Source of the DNA: Verrucomicrobiia bacterium
GTDB taxonomy: Bacteria; Verrucomicrobiota; Verrucomicrobiia; Palsa-1439
Assembly (NCBI GenBank): GCA_035501175.1
Contig: DATJWQ010000046.1
Location: forward strand, 9,701-73,700
DNA length: 64,000 nt
Direction of reading: 5' to 3'
Part shown: positions 49,379 through 59,318 of the stretch, piece after piece
Numbering within the stretch: the first letter of the stretch is position 1
How the letters are laid out: every line of letters starts with the position of its first letter
Notes under the pieces: generated by a model
Databases searched by the model: none
Seen by the model: the letters and a program-made list of their open reading frames with translations, nothing else
Told to the model about the DNA's origin: nothing
Program-made: the position numbers and the translations under genes

Positions 49379-49993
49379 TCATGGCTTCTTGACCGCAATT
49401 TTGACCTTGGGCAGTTGAAGCGTTCCCTGCCAGACGTAGTAGTTGAGGGAACTGGGGTGGTTGGTCGGGGGGCGGAACGTGGCCGACAAGTAGTAGTCGT
49501 TGGTAGCGCCAGGCCGAATGTCCCACAAGTCATCGGGGCCTACCAGTATGCTTACCCCGTCGGGCTTCGTCGAGTCAGAGCACAAACCGGGATCGGCTTG
49601 CAACCGCAGGGTGGAATTGCACGGCAACGTCACCCAGTACGGATTCGTCGGCACGTAGGCGTCAATTGGAGGGGATTTGTACGGGATGGCTTTGTTGAGA
49701 CCATCGTGCATTTCAAAGTGCAGGCCGGCGGACATACGGAAACAAATCTCGATCGGGTTGCGCCAGACATCGGTGCAGATGTGTTGCAACTCCAGATAGA
49801 CTCGGGCGTGTCCCCACATTTTGGTTCTGCTGTAATACTCCGCATCGTAAATGAGCAGGCGTCCGCGAAGCGTGTACCCGGCGGGATCACTGACGGGTTC
49901 CGACCAATCGCCGACGGCAATGAGGTTTGTGTCGGTCTGGGCGAAGGCGCAGGGAGGGCCGGCGAGCAACAGGAATAAGACGACGGACTTCAT
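49379..49993 (-). CDS. secreted hypothetical protein homologous to the N-terminal domain of the 50982-51890 product
   Basis: Signal MKSVVLFLLLAGPPCAFAQ. Shared blocks NLIAVGDWSEPVSD, GYTLRGRLL, VYLELQ, TLPCNSTLRLQ and WQGTLQLPKVKI. Confidence 0.6.
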   Translation of the reverse strand: MKSVVLFLLLAGPPCAFAQTDTNLIAVGDWSEPVSDPAGYTLRGRLLIYDAEYYSRTKMWGHARVYLELQHICTDVWRNPIEICFRMSAGLHFEMHDGLNKAIPYKSPPIDAYVPTNPYWVTLPCNSTLRLQADPGLCSDSTKPDGVSILVGPDDLWDIRPGATNDYYLSATFRPPTNHPSSLNYYVWQGTLQLPKVKIAVKKP

Positions 49994-50216
49994 AATGTGC
50001 GAACGCCATTAGACCTCTGATGAAACACCAAGAAAAGCACAAAGGCCAGCCTCCACGTTGAGTAATTTGCGAGCCTCGCGGCTTGAGGTGCGGAGAACTG
50101 CCGCGCTTGGCAACCGCGGCTACAGTTCCCGCTTGATGATGCGGCTATCTCCCGCCCGCAGCCCGCTCTTGCCCTCTGAAACCCGCCCCTGCCACTCAAG
50201 TCCACCCCTGTACCGT

Positions 50217-50801
50217 CTAGTCTGATATAATGAAGTCTGCAAAATTGGACTGCAAAGTGCCAACCCAAGTGTTCCACCCCACCCAAACAAACCCGCTGTT
50301 ATTGTGGTGTTGGTGGGTTTCCGAGAGTTGAGCAGCGATACGGTAGGCCCCTTTCTCTAGTTTCATCGTCCATTCCTTTGTTTGCGGACACCAATACTGG
50401 CTAAGCCTGACCCTCAAAACATGAACTGCACCCGCTTGAAGTCCAACTGCATAGTCATCAATCCGCCCTGAGACACTAGCCGGGCCGGTTGGCTCAAGTT
50501 CTCTGCGATGTCCTTGAGCATCCAGGAGAACAAGATGAATGGCTGTAGGAAAGAGACTACGTCCGTTTCCGAGGGTCATACCGAGATTCAAGAATACGTC
50601 GTTCGTGCCGACATTCCGCACCGCAATGTCAAACTCAGGGTCTTGCCCTGTTTTAAGTTGGGTATACACGGGAGAAATTGCGATTTGTAATCCATTGCTG
50701 GCGGTTCCCCAAAACTCAGGTGCGTCGTTGACCAATGAGGTTGCATAGGAGCATGGAACGGAAACGATCAGCAGCACGGCAAGGCTCAGAGTCTTAATCA
50801 T
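50217..50801 (-). CDS. secreted hypothetical protein
   Basis: GGAGG ribosome-binding site; signal peptide MIKTLSLAVLLIVSVPCSYA. Confidence 0.55.
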   Translation of the reverse strand: MIKTLSLAVLLIVSVPCSYATSLVNDAPEFWGTASNGLQIAISPVYTQLKTGQDPEFDIAVRNVGTNDVFLNLGMTLGNGRSLFPTAIHLVLLDAQGHRRELEPTGPASVSGRIDDYAVGLQAGAVHVLRVRLSQYWCPQTKEWTMKLEKGAYRIAAQLSETHQHHNNSGFVWVGWNTWVGTLQSNFADFIISD

Positions 50802-50828
50802 TGTTGCCTCCTTCTGTCCGTCGATTCA

Positions 50829-50978
50829 TCAATCCGTTCTTGCCGTCACGGACAAATAACTCTGTGCTGCGTTCGTCGAGACCGGTGCATTGGTTTCGTC
50901 AGCGCGGGCAACACGGGCACAGCCAGACAAGCCGACGCCCCAAACCAGCGTGAGGGTGAGGAGGAGTTTAAATGTCAT
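50829..50978 (-). pseudogene. 49-codon ORF encoding only a family-type lipoprotein signal peptide (MTFKLLLTLTLVWGVGLSGCA...); probable gene remnant or micro-lipoprotein
   Basis: Begins with the same conserved cassette (atgacatttaaactcctcctc...) found at the starts of the 45442-47040 and 56657-57964 genes, then stops after 49 codons. Confidence 0.35.
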
Positions 50979-50981
50979 TGT

Positions 50982-51890
50982 TCAATCGATGATGCTCCAA
51001 GCCAAATACGGATTGGAAATCTTGGTGATGGTGTCTGTGGGGCGCTCTTCTAGGACATTCTGTTTCGGGTCTGAAGGTGTAAAATCGACATCCACCTTGA
51101 TGTACGGACAGCGGCGATGAACAAACGTTCGATGAGCCGCGGTTGACATGCCGCCTTCGGTTGTGAAGACCTTCATCAGGTCGGCGCGGGTCATGCCGGG
51201 CTTGATCGTCTGGCATTCCGTGATAACGTCCAGAATCTGGTCCATCAGGCCCTTGTCGATTTCAGATTTCCGGGTCGTGGCAGGCGGGACCTTGACTCTC
51301 GGCAGCACCAACGTCCCGTGCCAGACGTGTCCGCGTGCAAGTTCCTTTCGCATCGCCTCGATGTCGGTAGAGTTGGACTTGGGCACGGTGAACGTCCCGG
51401 AGAGGAAGCGGTCGCCAGGAGCGCTGGGTGGAAGGAACCAGAACGCTGCAGGGAGCTGAATCGCCCAACCGGGGCCTTTGGGGATTCCCCAGCCATTGAC
51501 GGAAACGCGGAAGCGCAGCGTGGAATCGCAAGGAAGAGTCAGTGTGGTGATCGCGTCAGGCAGTGGACCGATAATGTCCGCCTCTGTGGGCGTTGGTGGC
51601 GGTGTCTTCCCCGCAGCATCGACAACCTCGCAATCCAGCGCCCGCTCGCTGTAGTCCACAAGTACCGAGGCGAGGATGCGGGATAGGTTCTGCAACTCGA
51701 GGTACACGACAGCCGTACGGGTGCCATTGTATGGCGCGTCTTCGGCAAGGATGAGTCTTCCGCGAAGCGTGTAGCCATTATCGCTCACGGGCGCCGACCA
51801 CTCGCCGACGGCGACGAGGTTGGTATGGGTTTGTCCGAGGGCACCTGAAGAGCTGGCGAGCAGCAGGAACAAGACGATGGACTTCATCAT
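50982..51890 (-). CDS. secreted mosaic protein: N-terminal domain shared with the 49379-49993 product plus conserved C-terminal domain shared with the 47045-47938 product
   Basis: Signal MMKSIVLFLLLASSSGALGQ. C-terminus ITECQTIKPGMTRADLMKVFTTEGG...CPYIKVDVDF...NPYLAWSIID. Confidence 0.65.
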   Translation of the reverse strand: MMKSIVLFLLLASSSGALGQTHTNLVAVGEWSAPVSDNGYTLRGRLILAEDAPYNGTRTAVVYLELQNLSRILASVLVDYSERALDCEVVDAAGKTPPPTPTEADIIGPLPDAITTLTLPCDSTLRFRVSVNGWGIPKGPGWAIQLPAAFWFLPPSAPGDRFLSGTFTVPKSNSTDIEAMRKELARGHVWHGTLVLPRVKVPPATTRKSEIDKGLMDQILDVITECQTIKPGMTRADLMKVFTTEGGMSTAAHRTFVHRRCPYIKVDVDFTPSDPKQNVLEERPTDTITKISNPYLAWSIID

Positions 51891-52158
51891 GGGCGATTAC
51901 CCTTCATACCAGTCGAGCGTGCGAATGCCATTAGACCGCTGATGAGACGGCGAGGAAAGCACAAACGGCGGCCATTGTTGCCGGGCGCGCGCGGAAGGCG
52001 CGGGCGAGGAGAGGGGCGGTCGGCATGAAGTACGGAGCTGGGTCCTCTTACTGACTGACGATAAGAGCGCAGCCGGAGATTGTTCACCGAGTCGTGAACG
52101 CGGCTTTATTGTCTGAGTGCCGTTTCGTCCTCTCGGCTGCGCTCCCGATCCTGAATCG

Positions 52159-54030
52159 TCAGGGCGTGACCTGCATCCGATAGAATCGTTGGGGTCCCAA
52201 GGCCCCGCCGGAGTTGGTCAGGATGATCAACCCACCGGGGCTATTGCTCAGGACGACGCCCGAGACGTTTGCCCAACTGCCCGTCGTCATTGAACTCCGG
52301 GTTTGCAATTGGTAATCGTCCCCCGCAACGGCCTGGGCGGAGACGGCGACGCCATTCGGGATCGCCGCAATCCCGCAGATCTGATTTGTCGTCCCGCGGG
52401 TCGGCGCGAAGTTGGCTGTCAGGATCTCGCTGTTCGTCGCGGTGAACGTATAACACGGCAAAGTGCTGACCACGTTGCTATTCGGATCAGTCCAGCTCAC
52501 GAAGTTGTAACAATCGTCCGGGATCGCGAAGATCTGTACGGGGAAGCAGCAACGGATGGTGCCGCCGCCAGTGGTCCAGCCGCCATTCGGTTGCGCGGAA
52601 GCGGTACCGGTCGTATACGTACACGCAATCAGGCAGGTGAGCGTTGCTCCATAGCTGCCCGTCCCTGAATAGTTGCCGGAATGCACCAAGAGCGTGTAGA
52701 CACCGGAGACACTGAATGTGACGTTACTGGCTGTACCCGGACCGATGCTGAACAATTTGTTGCCGGTTGGGTCGTACAGGTCGAACTCCGAACCGCTGAA
52801 GCCGCTGGTGCTGATTATCACCACGTCGTTGCTGCAGCCGTCGATTTGATAGGCATCCATCTCCGCTCTGTTCGTGGTGGCGCCACTGACAGTTTGTCCG
52901 CAAACGATCGGTTGACCATCGCACCCGCCGCCAATGATCGACTGAATGCTCAACTGATAGTTGCCGGTGCCATTGTAGGAGGCAGCATGCACGAGGATTG
53001 TGTACGTACCGCTGTTGGTCAGGGTCATGTTGATGGCGGTGCCGGCGTTGCAGTTGGGTGAAGCTACGGTGGCGAGGTATTGCCCGCTAGGACTATAGAT
53101 GTCCGCGTTCATCGATTGGTAAGGTGAAAGGCAATCGAGCGGCCCGTACAAGGCGAACGACAGGTCCTGCCCGGCTGCGCCAACGTAGCTGTAGGCGTTG
53201 ATCTCACTGTTAAAAACCGTGTTGCTCGCAATTGGCTGGCCACAGGTAATGGGTGTGCCGTTACACCCACCCTCGATAGCTGATTGGATACTCAACTGAT
53301 AGTTGCCGGTGCCATTGTAGGAGGCAGCATGCACGAGGATTGTGTACGTACCGCTGTTGGTCAGGGTCATGTTGATGGCGGTGCCGGCGTGGCAGTTGGG
53401 TGAAGCTACGGTGGCGAGGTATTGCCCGCTAGGACTATAGATGTCCGCGTTCATCGATTGGTAAGGTGAAAGGCAATCGAGCGGCCCGTACAAGGCAAAC
53501 GACAGGTCCTGCCCGGCTGCGCCAACGTAGCTGTAGGCGTTGATCTCACTGTTAAAAACCGTGTTGCTCGCGATTGACTGGCCGCAAACAATGGGTGTGC
53601 CATTACACCCGCCGTCGATGGCTGACTGGATACTCAACTGATAATTGCCGGTGCCATTGTAGGATGTGCAATGCACAAGAATTATGTAGCTGCCGGTATT
53701 CGTTAGGGTCATGGTGAGAGCAGCACCGGTGTTGCAGTTACCCGATGTAAGGGCGGCCAGATGCTGTCCGCTAGGGCTATAGATGTCCGCGGTCATTGAT
53801 TGGTAAGGTGAAAGGCAATCGAGTGGTCCGTACAATGCGAACACCAATTCCTGCCCCGCGGTGCCGGCGTAGGTGTACTGGTCGACTTCGCTGTTGGCAA
53901 CGGTGTTGCTTGCGATTGGTTGTCCGCAGGTGATGGGGGTTTGGGCGCGGACGGCCCTCGCCCAGAAGGCCAGCCCGAACACCAGCAGGACGTAGAAATT
54001 GAACGCGCGGTTTGTCGAAGATGTTTTCAT
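52159..54030 (-). CDS. secreted protein with four tandem PPC-like (pre-peptidase C-terminal-like) domains and a C-terminal tail
   Basis: GGGAGA ribosome-binding site. Signal MKTSSTNRAFNFYVLLVFGLAFWARAVRA. About 110-aa units, three nearly identical (ITCGQPIASNTVFNSEINAYSYVGAAGQDLSFALYGPLDC...DIYSPSG...GTYTILVHAASYNGTGNYQLSIQS). Confidence 0.65.
   Translation of the reverse strand: MKTSSTNRAFNFYVLLVFGLAFWARAVRAQTPITCGQPIASNTVANSEVDQYTYAGTAGQELVFALYGPLDCLSPYQSMTADIYSPSGQHLAALTSGNCNTGAALTMTLTNTGSYIILVHCTSYNGTGNYQLSIQSAIDGGCNGTPIVCGQSIASNTVFNSEINAYSYVGAAGQDLSFALYGPLDCLSPYQSMNADIYSPSGQYLATVASPNCHAGTAINMTLTNSGTYTILVHAASYNGTGNYQLSIQSAIEGGCNGTPITCGQPIASNTVFNSEINAYSYVGAAGQDLSFALYGPLDCLSPYQSMNADIYSPSGQYLATVASPNCNAGTAINMTLTNSGTYTILVHAASYNGTGNYQLSIQSIIGGGCDGQPIVCGQTVSGATTNRAEMDAYQIDGCSNDVVIISTSGFSGSEFDLYDPTGNKLFSIGPGTASNVTFSVSGVYTLLVHSGNYSGTGSYGATLTCLIACTYTTGTASAQPNGGWTTGGGTIRCCFPVQIFAIPDDCYNFVSWTDPNSNVVSTLPCYTFTATNSEILTANFAPTRGTTNQICGIAAIPNGVAVSAQAVAGDDYQLQTRSSMTTGSWANVSGVVLSNSPGGLIILTNSGGALGPQRFYRMQVTP
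52870..53530. repeat. near-identical roughly 330-bp tandem repeats (two full copies) inside the PPC-domain gene; a third more diverged copy follows to about 53850
   Basis: 52890-53220 and 53221-53550 differ by only a few bases (for example gtgccggcgttgcag versus gtgccggcgtggcag). Confidence 0.8.
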
Positions 54031-54588
54031 GATCCGTTTCTCCCTACGATGATTTTGTCGGTTCACACTTGTCGTACGTTGTCGCTGCGCCGGGCGAATT
54101 CTGTTCGCACGGGAAATTCAGATCTCCTTTTCCGGAACGCAGAATGACGGACAGGCAGGGTGAAACAGTGGGATGAAGACACAGGAATTCCTCGCCCTCA
54201 TGGTTTCTCGCCTTCCTTATCCTCGCCTCGGTGCAGACGCTCCCAGGCCGGTGCTTTCCTGACTCGGCCTGGCGACACAACTCGCCATTGGTTATGTATT
54301 GCTCCTAGCCTGGCGCAGACAGGGCACCGGGTCGGGCCGTAGAAAACAGGCCCTCAAACGGGGTGACGTGGCTTATACGCGTATGGAGGTCATAATTGCA
54401 AGACATTTTGGATGACGGTTTCGTGATAACTGGCTGGGCGTGCCGAAGAAGAGAAGGACATGAAGACGCCACGGCGGAGACGCTTCGGTCGGAGGAAGTG
54501 CGCGGTCGGGAGACCGGTGCACAACGAGCGGCACGGCTCGGAGAGCCGCGCCAGAGGCGGGCAAGCCGTGGCTACACCGGCGACGCGC

Positions 54589-56082
54589 TTATCGTCGGCA
54601 GGTTTCGCGGAAGGCGCGGGCGAGGATGGCGGCGTTGGTGGCGATGAGGAAGTTGTGTTCGGTCCAGGCGCGGCCCGAGTTGCTGAGGCGTTGACGGAGA
54701 GCCGGATCGGCGGCGAGGCGTTGGACGGCGGTGGTGAGGTGGGCGGGGTTGGATGGGTCGGCGATGATACCCGTGACGTCGTGGGTGACGGCTTCCATCG
54801 GGCCGGCGGTGGGGCTGGAGATCACGGGCAGGCAACGGGCGAAGGCTTCCGGGATGACGTTCGGGATGCCGTCGCGGTCGCCTTCGGGATCGACGATGCC
54901 GGTGTGCCAGAAGATGTCGGCCCAGAGATATTGATCGTTGACCTGATCGGGCGGGAGCGGGCCGGTGAGCGTGACGAAGTCGTGAAGGCCGGTGCGGTCG
55001 ATTTGCTGTTGAAGTTCGCGGCGGAGCGGGCCGTCGCCGACGATTGTTGCTACAAACGGCACGCCACGGGATTTCAAGAGCGAGCAGGCGGCGAGTTGGT
55101 GGACGTGACCCTTCTTCGGGACGAGACGGCCGACGGAGAGGAGTCGGATCGGGCGTGAGGTCGAGGTGGTGGCGTCGCGTTTCGGGAGAGGCGGAAGTTT
55201 TTCCAGGCCGCGGCGGGCAAGGACGATTTTCACGGGCGCGCCGTGGGCGCGGTCGCGGAGGTATTGCGCGGCGGCGTTGGTGGTGGTGTGGACGAAGGCA
55301 GCGGCGCGCAATTTGGGTTCCAAGAACGCGTCGCCGCCATGACGATAGATGTCGTAGGCGTGACCGCCGAAGCTGAACGGGACGTTGCAGAGTCGGGCGA
55401 GGATGGCGGCGGCGGTGGCGGGCGCGGTGGCCCAGACGCCGTGGATGATGTCGGGTTTGTGTTGGCGGAAGCGGCGGGCGCGGCAGATGGCGAAGACCAC
55501 GGCCCAGATGGTTGACCAGAAATTCTCGGGGTTGGTGGGTCGGTAGCGGCGGAAGAGATGCCAGCCGTCGCGGAGGAGGGCGGGGTCGCGGAGGAGTTCG
55601 CGGGGCAGGGCGATGAGGACGGCGATGGATTCCCACCAGCGGAACGTGTCGACGGGGATGTCGGCGATTAGTGATGAAGAACCCGCCTTCGCCACACGAC
55701 TGGCTACGGCGGGCAAGCCCTCACCCTGACCCGCCTTCGCCACACGACTGGCTACGGCGGGCAAGCCCTCTCCCTTATCCGGCAAGGGCGAGGGGACTCT
55801 CGTCTGTGGCGTCGTTTGGTGAGTGGGAGATTTGCGCTTTGAATTTTGACCAGGGAGAAGCTGTGCCAGGTCGGCGGGGCGCGGGGGGAAGAGCGAGTGG
55901 ATTTCGATGCGGATGCCGTGGTCGCGGAGGCCGGCGAGTTCGCGGCGGAAGAAAGTCTGGGAGAGCACGGGGTAGCGCTCGAAGATGTAGGCGACGGTGA
56001 GGCCACCGACATCCAATGTCGGGGTGAATACGGGGGGGTTAGTTTTCAATCGTGGAGCGTATTCAGCGGGTGCGTCAGTCAT
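54589..56082 (-). CDS. glycosyltransferase family 4 with a low-complexity N-terminal insert containing a 15-aa duplication
   Basis: GT4 C-terminal motif (EAFARCLPVISSPTAGPMEAV). The insert GEGLPAVASRVAKAG occurs twice, encoded by a 45-bp tandem duplication around 55690-55790. Confidence 0.7.
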   Translation of the reverse strand: MTDAPAEYAPRLKTNPPVFTPTLDVGGLTVAYIFERYPVLSQTFFRRELAGLRDHGIRIEIHSLFPPRPADLAQLLPGQNSKRKSPTHQTTPQTRVPSPLPDKGEGLPAVASRVAKAGQGEGLPAVASRVAKAGSSSLIADIPVDTFRWWESIAVLIALPRELLRDPALLRDGWHLFRRYRPTNPENFWSTIWAVVFAICRARRFRQHKPDIIHGVWATAPATAAAILARLCNVPFSFGGHAYDIYRHGGDAFLEPKLRAAAFVHTTTNAAAQYLRDRAHGAPVKIVLARRGLEKLPPLPKRDATTSTSRPIRLLSVGRLVPKKGHVHQLAACSLLKSRGVPFVATIVGDGPLRRELQQQIDRTGLHDFVTLTGPLPPDQVNDQYLWADIFWHTGIVDPEGDRDGIPNVIPEAFARCLPVISSPTAGPMEAVTHDVTGIIADPSNPAHLTTAVQRLAADPALRQRLSNSGRAWTEHNFLIATNAAILARAFRETCRR

Positions 56083-56656
56083 TCCGTGCGGAGGATAGTA
56101 TGTTTGCGGGGGTTATTTCAATGGTGGCGGGAGACGATGGGTGAGAATCGGCAGACTCGTCCTCAGATTGGAGTGATGGAGTGAGGGGGTACTGGAGTTT
56201 TGGACGCGGATCCTCCCTCAATTCGGATGCTTTCGGCTCCACGCAGCCCCGAACTCCGAACGAGTTCGCGAGTCCTGCGGAGGAATTCGGGGTAAAAGTT
56301 CGCAGAGGGCGCAGAGAACACCCGGACTGATCTTTGCCCGATTCGGTAAGGGGCCAAATCAGGCAAACGGCACCCGGGGGCGGTGGCGGAGTGGGGCGCG
56401 GCGGGCAACGCCTTTGCAGAAAGGAGGGACCCCGACCTCGACCGTTCCGCAGCCCCGACGTACACAGGCCATCCGCGTTGTGTCAATACTAAGGACTGAC
56501 CCCTTTATGACCCCTTTACTAAGGACTGACCCCTTTACGGGGACGGTTGCGTAAAACGTTGACCCCCCTTGACCGCCGAATTCAACGGGAATCGTCGTTT
56601 GCTCCTCCGCCCGTTGTAGGGGCGCTTCTGCGAAGCGCGCGCGATTGGGCAAATCT

Positions 56657-57964
56657 TCATTCACTCGTAGCTATTCTCTTGAGTGCAGACCGCGCGGCAC
56701 GTCGCACATTCTCGTCGGGATCGACAAGAAGTTGCTTAAGATCTGGGACGGCTGCAATTGCGACCGCTCCTAAACGTCCCAATGCATCAGCGGCATGCAT
56801 TCGAACGATGTACTCCGGATCGTGCAGCAGGGCGACCAACCCGGGCGCGGCATCCTTTGCTCCCGGGCCGATCTTACCAACAGCAACCGCACCCCAGTCA
56901 CGAACGAGATTGCGATAACTCCGGCTTTGATCCTGGAGCGTTGAGGTTAGCAAAGGCACTGCTGATTCGGCGTGCGGTCCAATTGCACCAAGGCAATATA
57001 TAATCGCAAGGCGTCCCTGTAAGTTCTCTGTTTGATATAGCCGCATCAAGGCGGGAACGGCTTCTGCTGCATTTGCACCTCGGTCCGCTATTGCGCGGAC
57101 TGCGAGCACACGAATCTCCGCGTCTTTGTCCTTCATGAGATCGATGAATATGGAGACGCTCCTTGTGTCGTTGGGAAGTGACACGGATAATGCGTCCGCA
57201 GTCATATACCGCGCACGGTTATCCAGTGCCTCGTCGCGAAGCAAATTCAGTAGCGAGGGGATTGCCTCCTGAGCTGCGCGGCCCATCCGGCCAAGGGCGC
57301 CGAGGGCCGTAACACGCAGCTTGGTGTCCCGGAGGGCTTGCGCTAACTGTGGGGCTGCTTGCACGGCCGACGGCCCCACGGAATCCCAACACTCAATAAT
57401 CTTCAGTCGTGTCTGTTCATCGCTGGTTTGATAGAGTGTCATCAGCACAGGCATTGCTTCCACGGCCTTCTCATGAAACGTGCCCAAGGTAGTGATAGCC
57501 AGATCCCTCAGGTCCGGGTCGTGCTCTTTTAGGAGTTCGACATAGGCCGGAAGCGCGTCCGGATCACGAGGATAGACTCTGTCCAAGGCGTATGCGGCCG
57601 ATAGGCGCACTTCCTTCGGCTGGCTCTTGTCTTGCACCATTTTAATCAACGCGGGCGCGGCCGCCTGCCCGGCCTCAGCGATCTTGCTAATGCCGTAGAG
57701 AGCTTGGTCAACATTGGTGCTTTGGGCAGTAATGATAGTCCCGGGAACAGCTTGGCCTGCTTCATTGGTTGAGAGGCTCGAAAGCGGCGGGCTGGCCGCA
57801 TGCTCGTCTTGAGTCACACCGAAGGAAGATTGGAGCCGAACGGCGAACAGCCATATCACGAGCACCACTAGATTAGGCACTGCATGCCTGTTTTTGTGTG
57901 CCCCAAAGCCAAGCATGCTGACGTTCCAAACGAGCGCAAGGGCGAGGAGGAGTTTGGGGTTCAT
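56657..57964 (-). CDS. secreted HEAT-repeat (PBS-lyase-like) protein
   Basis: Family signal peptide MNPKLLLALALVWNV... Multiple HEAT-like units (EVRLSAAYALDRV, RDLAITTLGTF, RVLAVRAIADRG, VRMHAADALGRLG, VRRAARSALKRI). Confidence 0.7.
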   Translation of the reverse strand: MNPKLLLALALVWNVSMLGFGAHKNRHAVPNLVVLVIWLFAVRLQSSFGVTQDEHAASPPLSSLSTNEAGQAVPGTIITAQSTNVDQALYGISKIAEAGQAAAPALIKMVQDKSQPKEVRLSAAYALDRVYPRDPDALPAYVELLKEHDPDLRDLAITTLGTFHEKAVEAMPVLMTLYQTSDEQTRLKIIECWDSVGPSAVQAAPQLAQALRDTKLRVTALGALGRMGRAAQEAIPSLLNLLRDEALDNRARYMTADALSVSLPNDTRSVSIFIDLMKDKDAEIRVLAVRAIADRGANAAEAVPALMRLYQTENLQGRLAIIYCLGAIGPHAESAVPLLTSTLQDQSRSYRNLVRDWGAVAVGKIGPGAKDAAPGLVALLHDPEYIVRMHAADALGRLGAVAIAAVPDLKQLLVDPDENVRRAARSALKRIATSE

Positions 57965-57997
57965 GGCTTTGTGGGGCATACAGCCGGCCTCTTGAAA

Positions 57998-58342
57998 TTA
58001 CAACAGGTGCGCGACGACGAATAGAAAGAGCAGAAACGTTAGAAGTAACAAGGGCACGGCGGCCACGGCGAACGTTTGAAGCGCGGGTTTCACGTCGCCC
58101 CGAATAGCTTGCAGCACGGCTCCGAGCACCAGGAACGGTGCGCACAACGCGTAGGCCGCTAGCAACACGTCTGTGGTGTGATCAATCCTGGAGGCATTTA
58201 CTCCCGTGAAATGAATGATAATCGGATCGCCGAGGAGAATACGAAAAACCAAGTAGAACGGGAAAACGCTGACGACATACAGTTTGAATGGAATCAGCAC
58301 CCAATTGGTCCATTTGGCTTTCGTGAATGGGGAGCGGCACAT
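57998..58342 (-). CDS. small membrane protein, hypothetical
   Basis: 114 aa with three predicted TM helices; preceded by the conserved leader motif. Confidence 0.45.
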   Translation of the reverse strand: MCRSPFTKAKWTNWVLIPFKLYVVSVFPFYLVFRILLGDPIIIHFTGVNASRIDHTTDVLLAAYALCAPFLVLGAVLQAIRGDVKPALQTFAVAAVPLLLLTFLLFLFVVAHLL

Positions 58343-58512
58343 GGTAGATCATGATTGTTGTAGTGCAGACGCCATTAGACTGCTGAAGGGGCGGCAAGGA
58401 AAGCAGAAAGAGGAGTAGTTGGCAGTTGGGAATCTATTTCGCCAGGCTGATCGCGGTGATACTATATGGATCGTGCGGTTCGGCGCCGACACAAAGCCAT
58501 GAGGAGTTGCTT

Positions 58513-58875
58513 ATGAAACGAGTCCTTGGATTGTTGGTCGTGATGACACTTGCATGTCAAACCCAGATCGCCCAGTCCGCGCTGGAGGGAGATCGTACCA
58601 TCCCACTCCCGAAGTATAGTCCTGCTCAAGCGATTGAAAAGGTGAGCAAGTATTATCGGGACGACAACGGCGATCCCGAGTGCTTCGTGATTTCCGTCCG
58701 TTACGGGCGACCCGACCTGATGGGGCCTTGTCTGGGCAGCAATTCGGTGCGCGGAGATTGGCAGGAGTGGTCATGGTTTGTCACATTCGCGCATCCTAGG
58801 AAACCCTACTCGGAGATCGTGTACCGTTTGCGGGACAACGGAGAGATCTACCCGCTCATTCAAGCGCGCACGTAA
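58513..58875 (+). CDS. small secreted hypothetical protein
   Basis: GAGGAG ribosome-binding site then MKRVLGLLVVMTLACQTQIAQS signal peptide. Confidence 0.45.
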   Translation: MKRVLGLLVVMTLACQTQIAQSALEGDRTIPLPKYSPAQAIEKVSKYYRDDNGDPECFVISVRYGRPDLMGPCLGSNSVRGDWQEWSWFVTFAHPRKPYSEIVYRLRDNGEIYPLIQART

Positions 58876-59033
58876 TAGCGGTTTGAAGTGGCTGAATTGT
58901 TGGGGGCGTGGTCGACAGGCTGGGGCGGAGCGGCCAGCGCATTTACAAATAGGAGAGAACGAAGATCGACCATTGCACGGGAACGACGTAGGCAAAGCGA
59001 GCGGCGTTGCGGCGATACTGAGGGCTGACCCGT

Positions 59034-59318
59034 TTATGGTGTGAAGCCCCAAATCATGAACCCCGCCGAGAATACCACTACCAATCCGAGTCCACCGGCG
59101 ACGTAATCGCGGCGCATTAGACTGACAACAGAAAGCGGCAGAACTGCGAGGAAGCAGGCCAACCCACCGTACAGGAGCCACGGCCCTATGTTGGGAAAAT
59201 GGTGCCCGACAAGCCGGTCGTAACCAAGAATTAGAAGTAAAAAGGGCGTCCAGAACATTCCTGCGCCGCAAATCGTAAGGGTCACCAGCAATCTCCGTAG
59301 TGTGCAAGGGGTTTTCAT
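59034..59318 (-). CDS. small membrane protein, hypothetical
   Basis: 94 aa with three hydrophobic helices. Confidence 0.4.
   Translation of the reverse strand: MKTPCTLRRLLVTLTICGAGMFWTPFLLLILGYDRLVGHHFPNIGPWLLYGGLACFLAVLPLSVVSLMRRDYVAGGLGLVVVFSAGFMIWGFTP

Noticed and set aside
54572-55636. 354-aa minus-strand Arg/Pro/His-rich ORF and plus-strand ORFs 54460-55158 and 55044-55376
   Set aside because: Alternative frames of the GT4 gene 54589-56082; composition is typical of out-of-frame high-GC translation.
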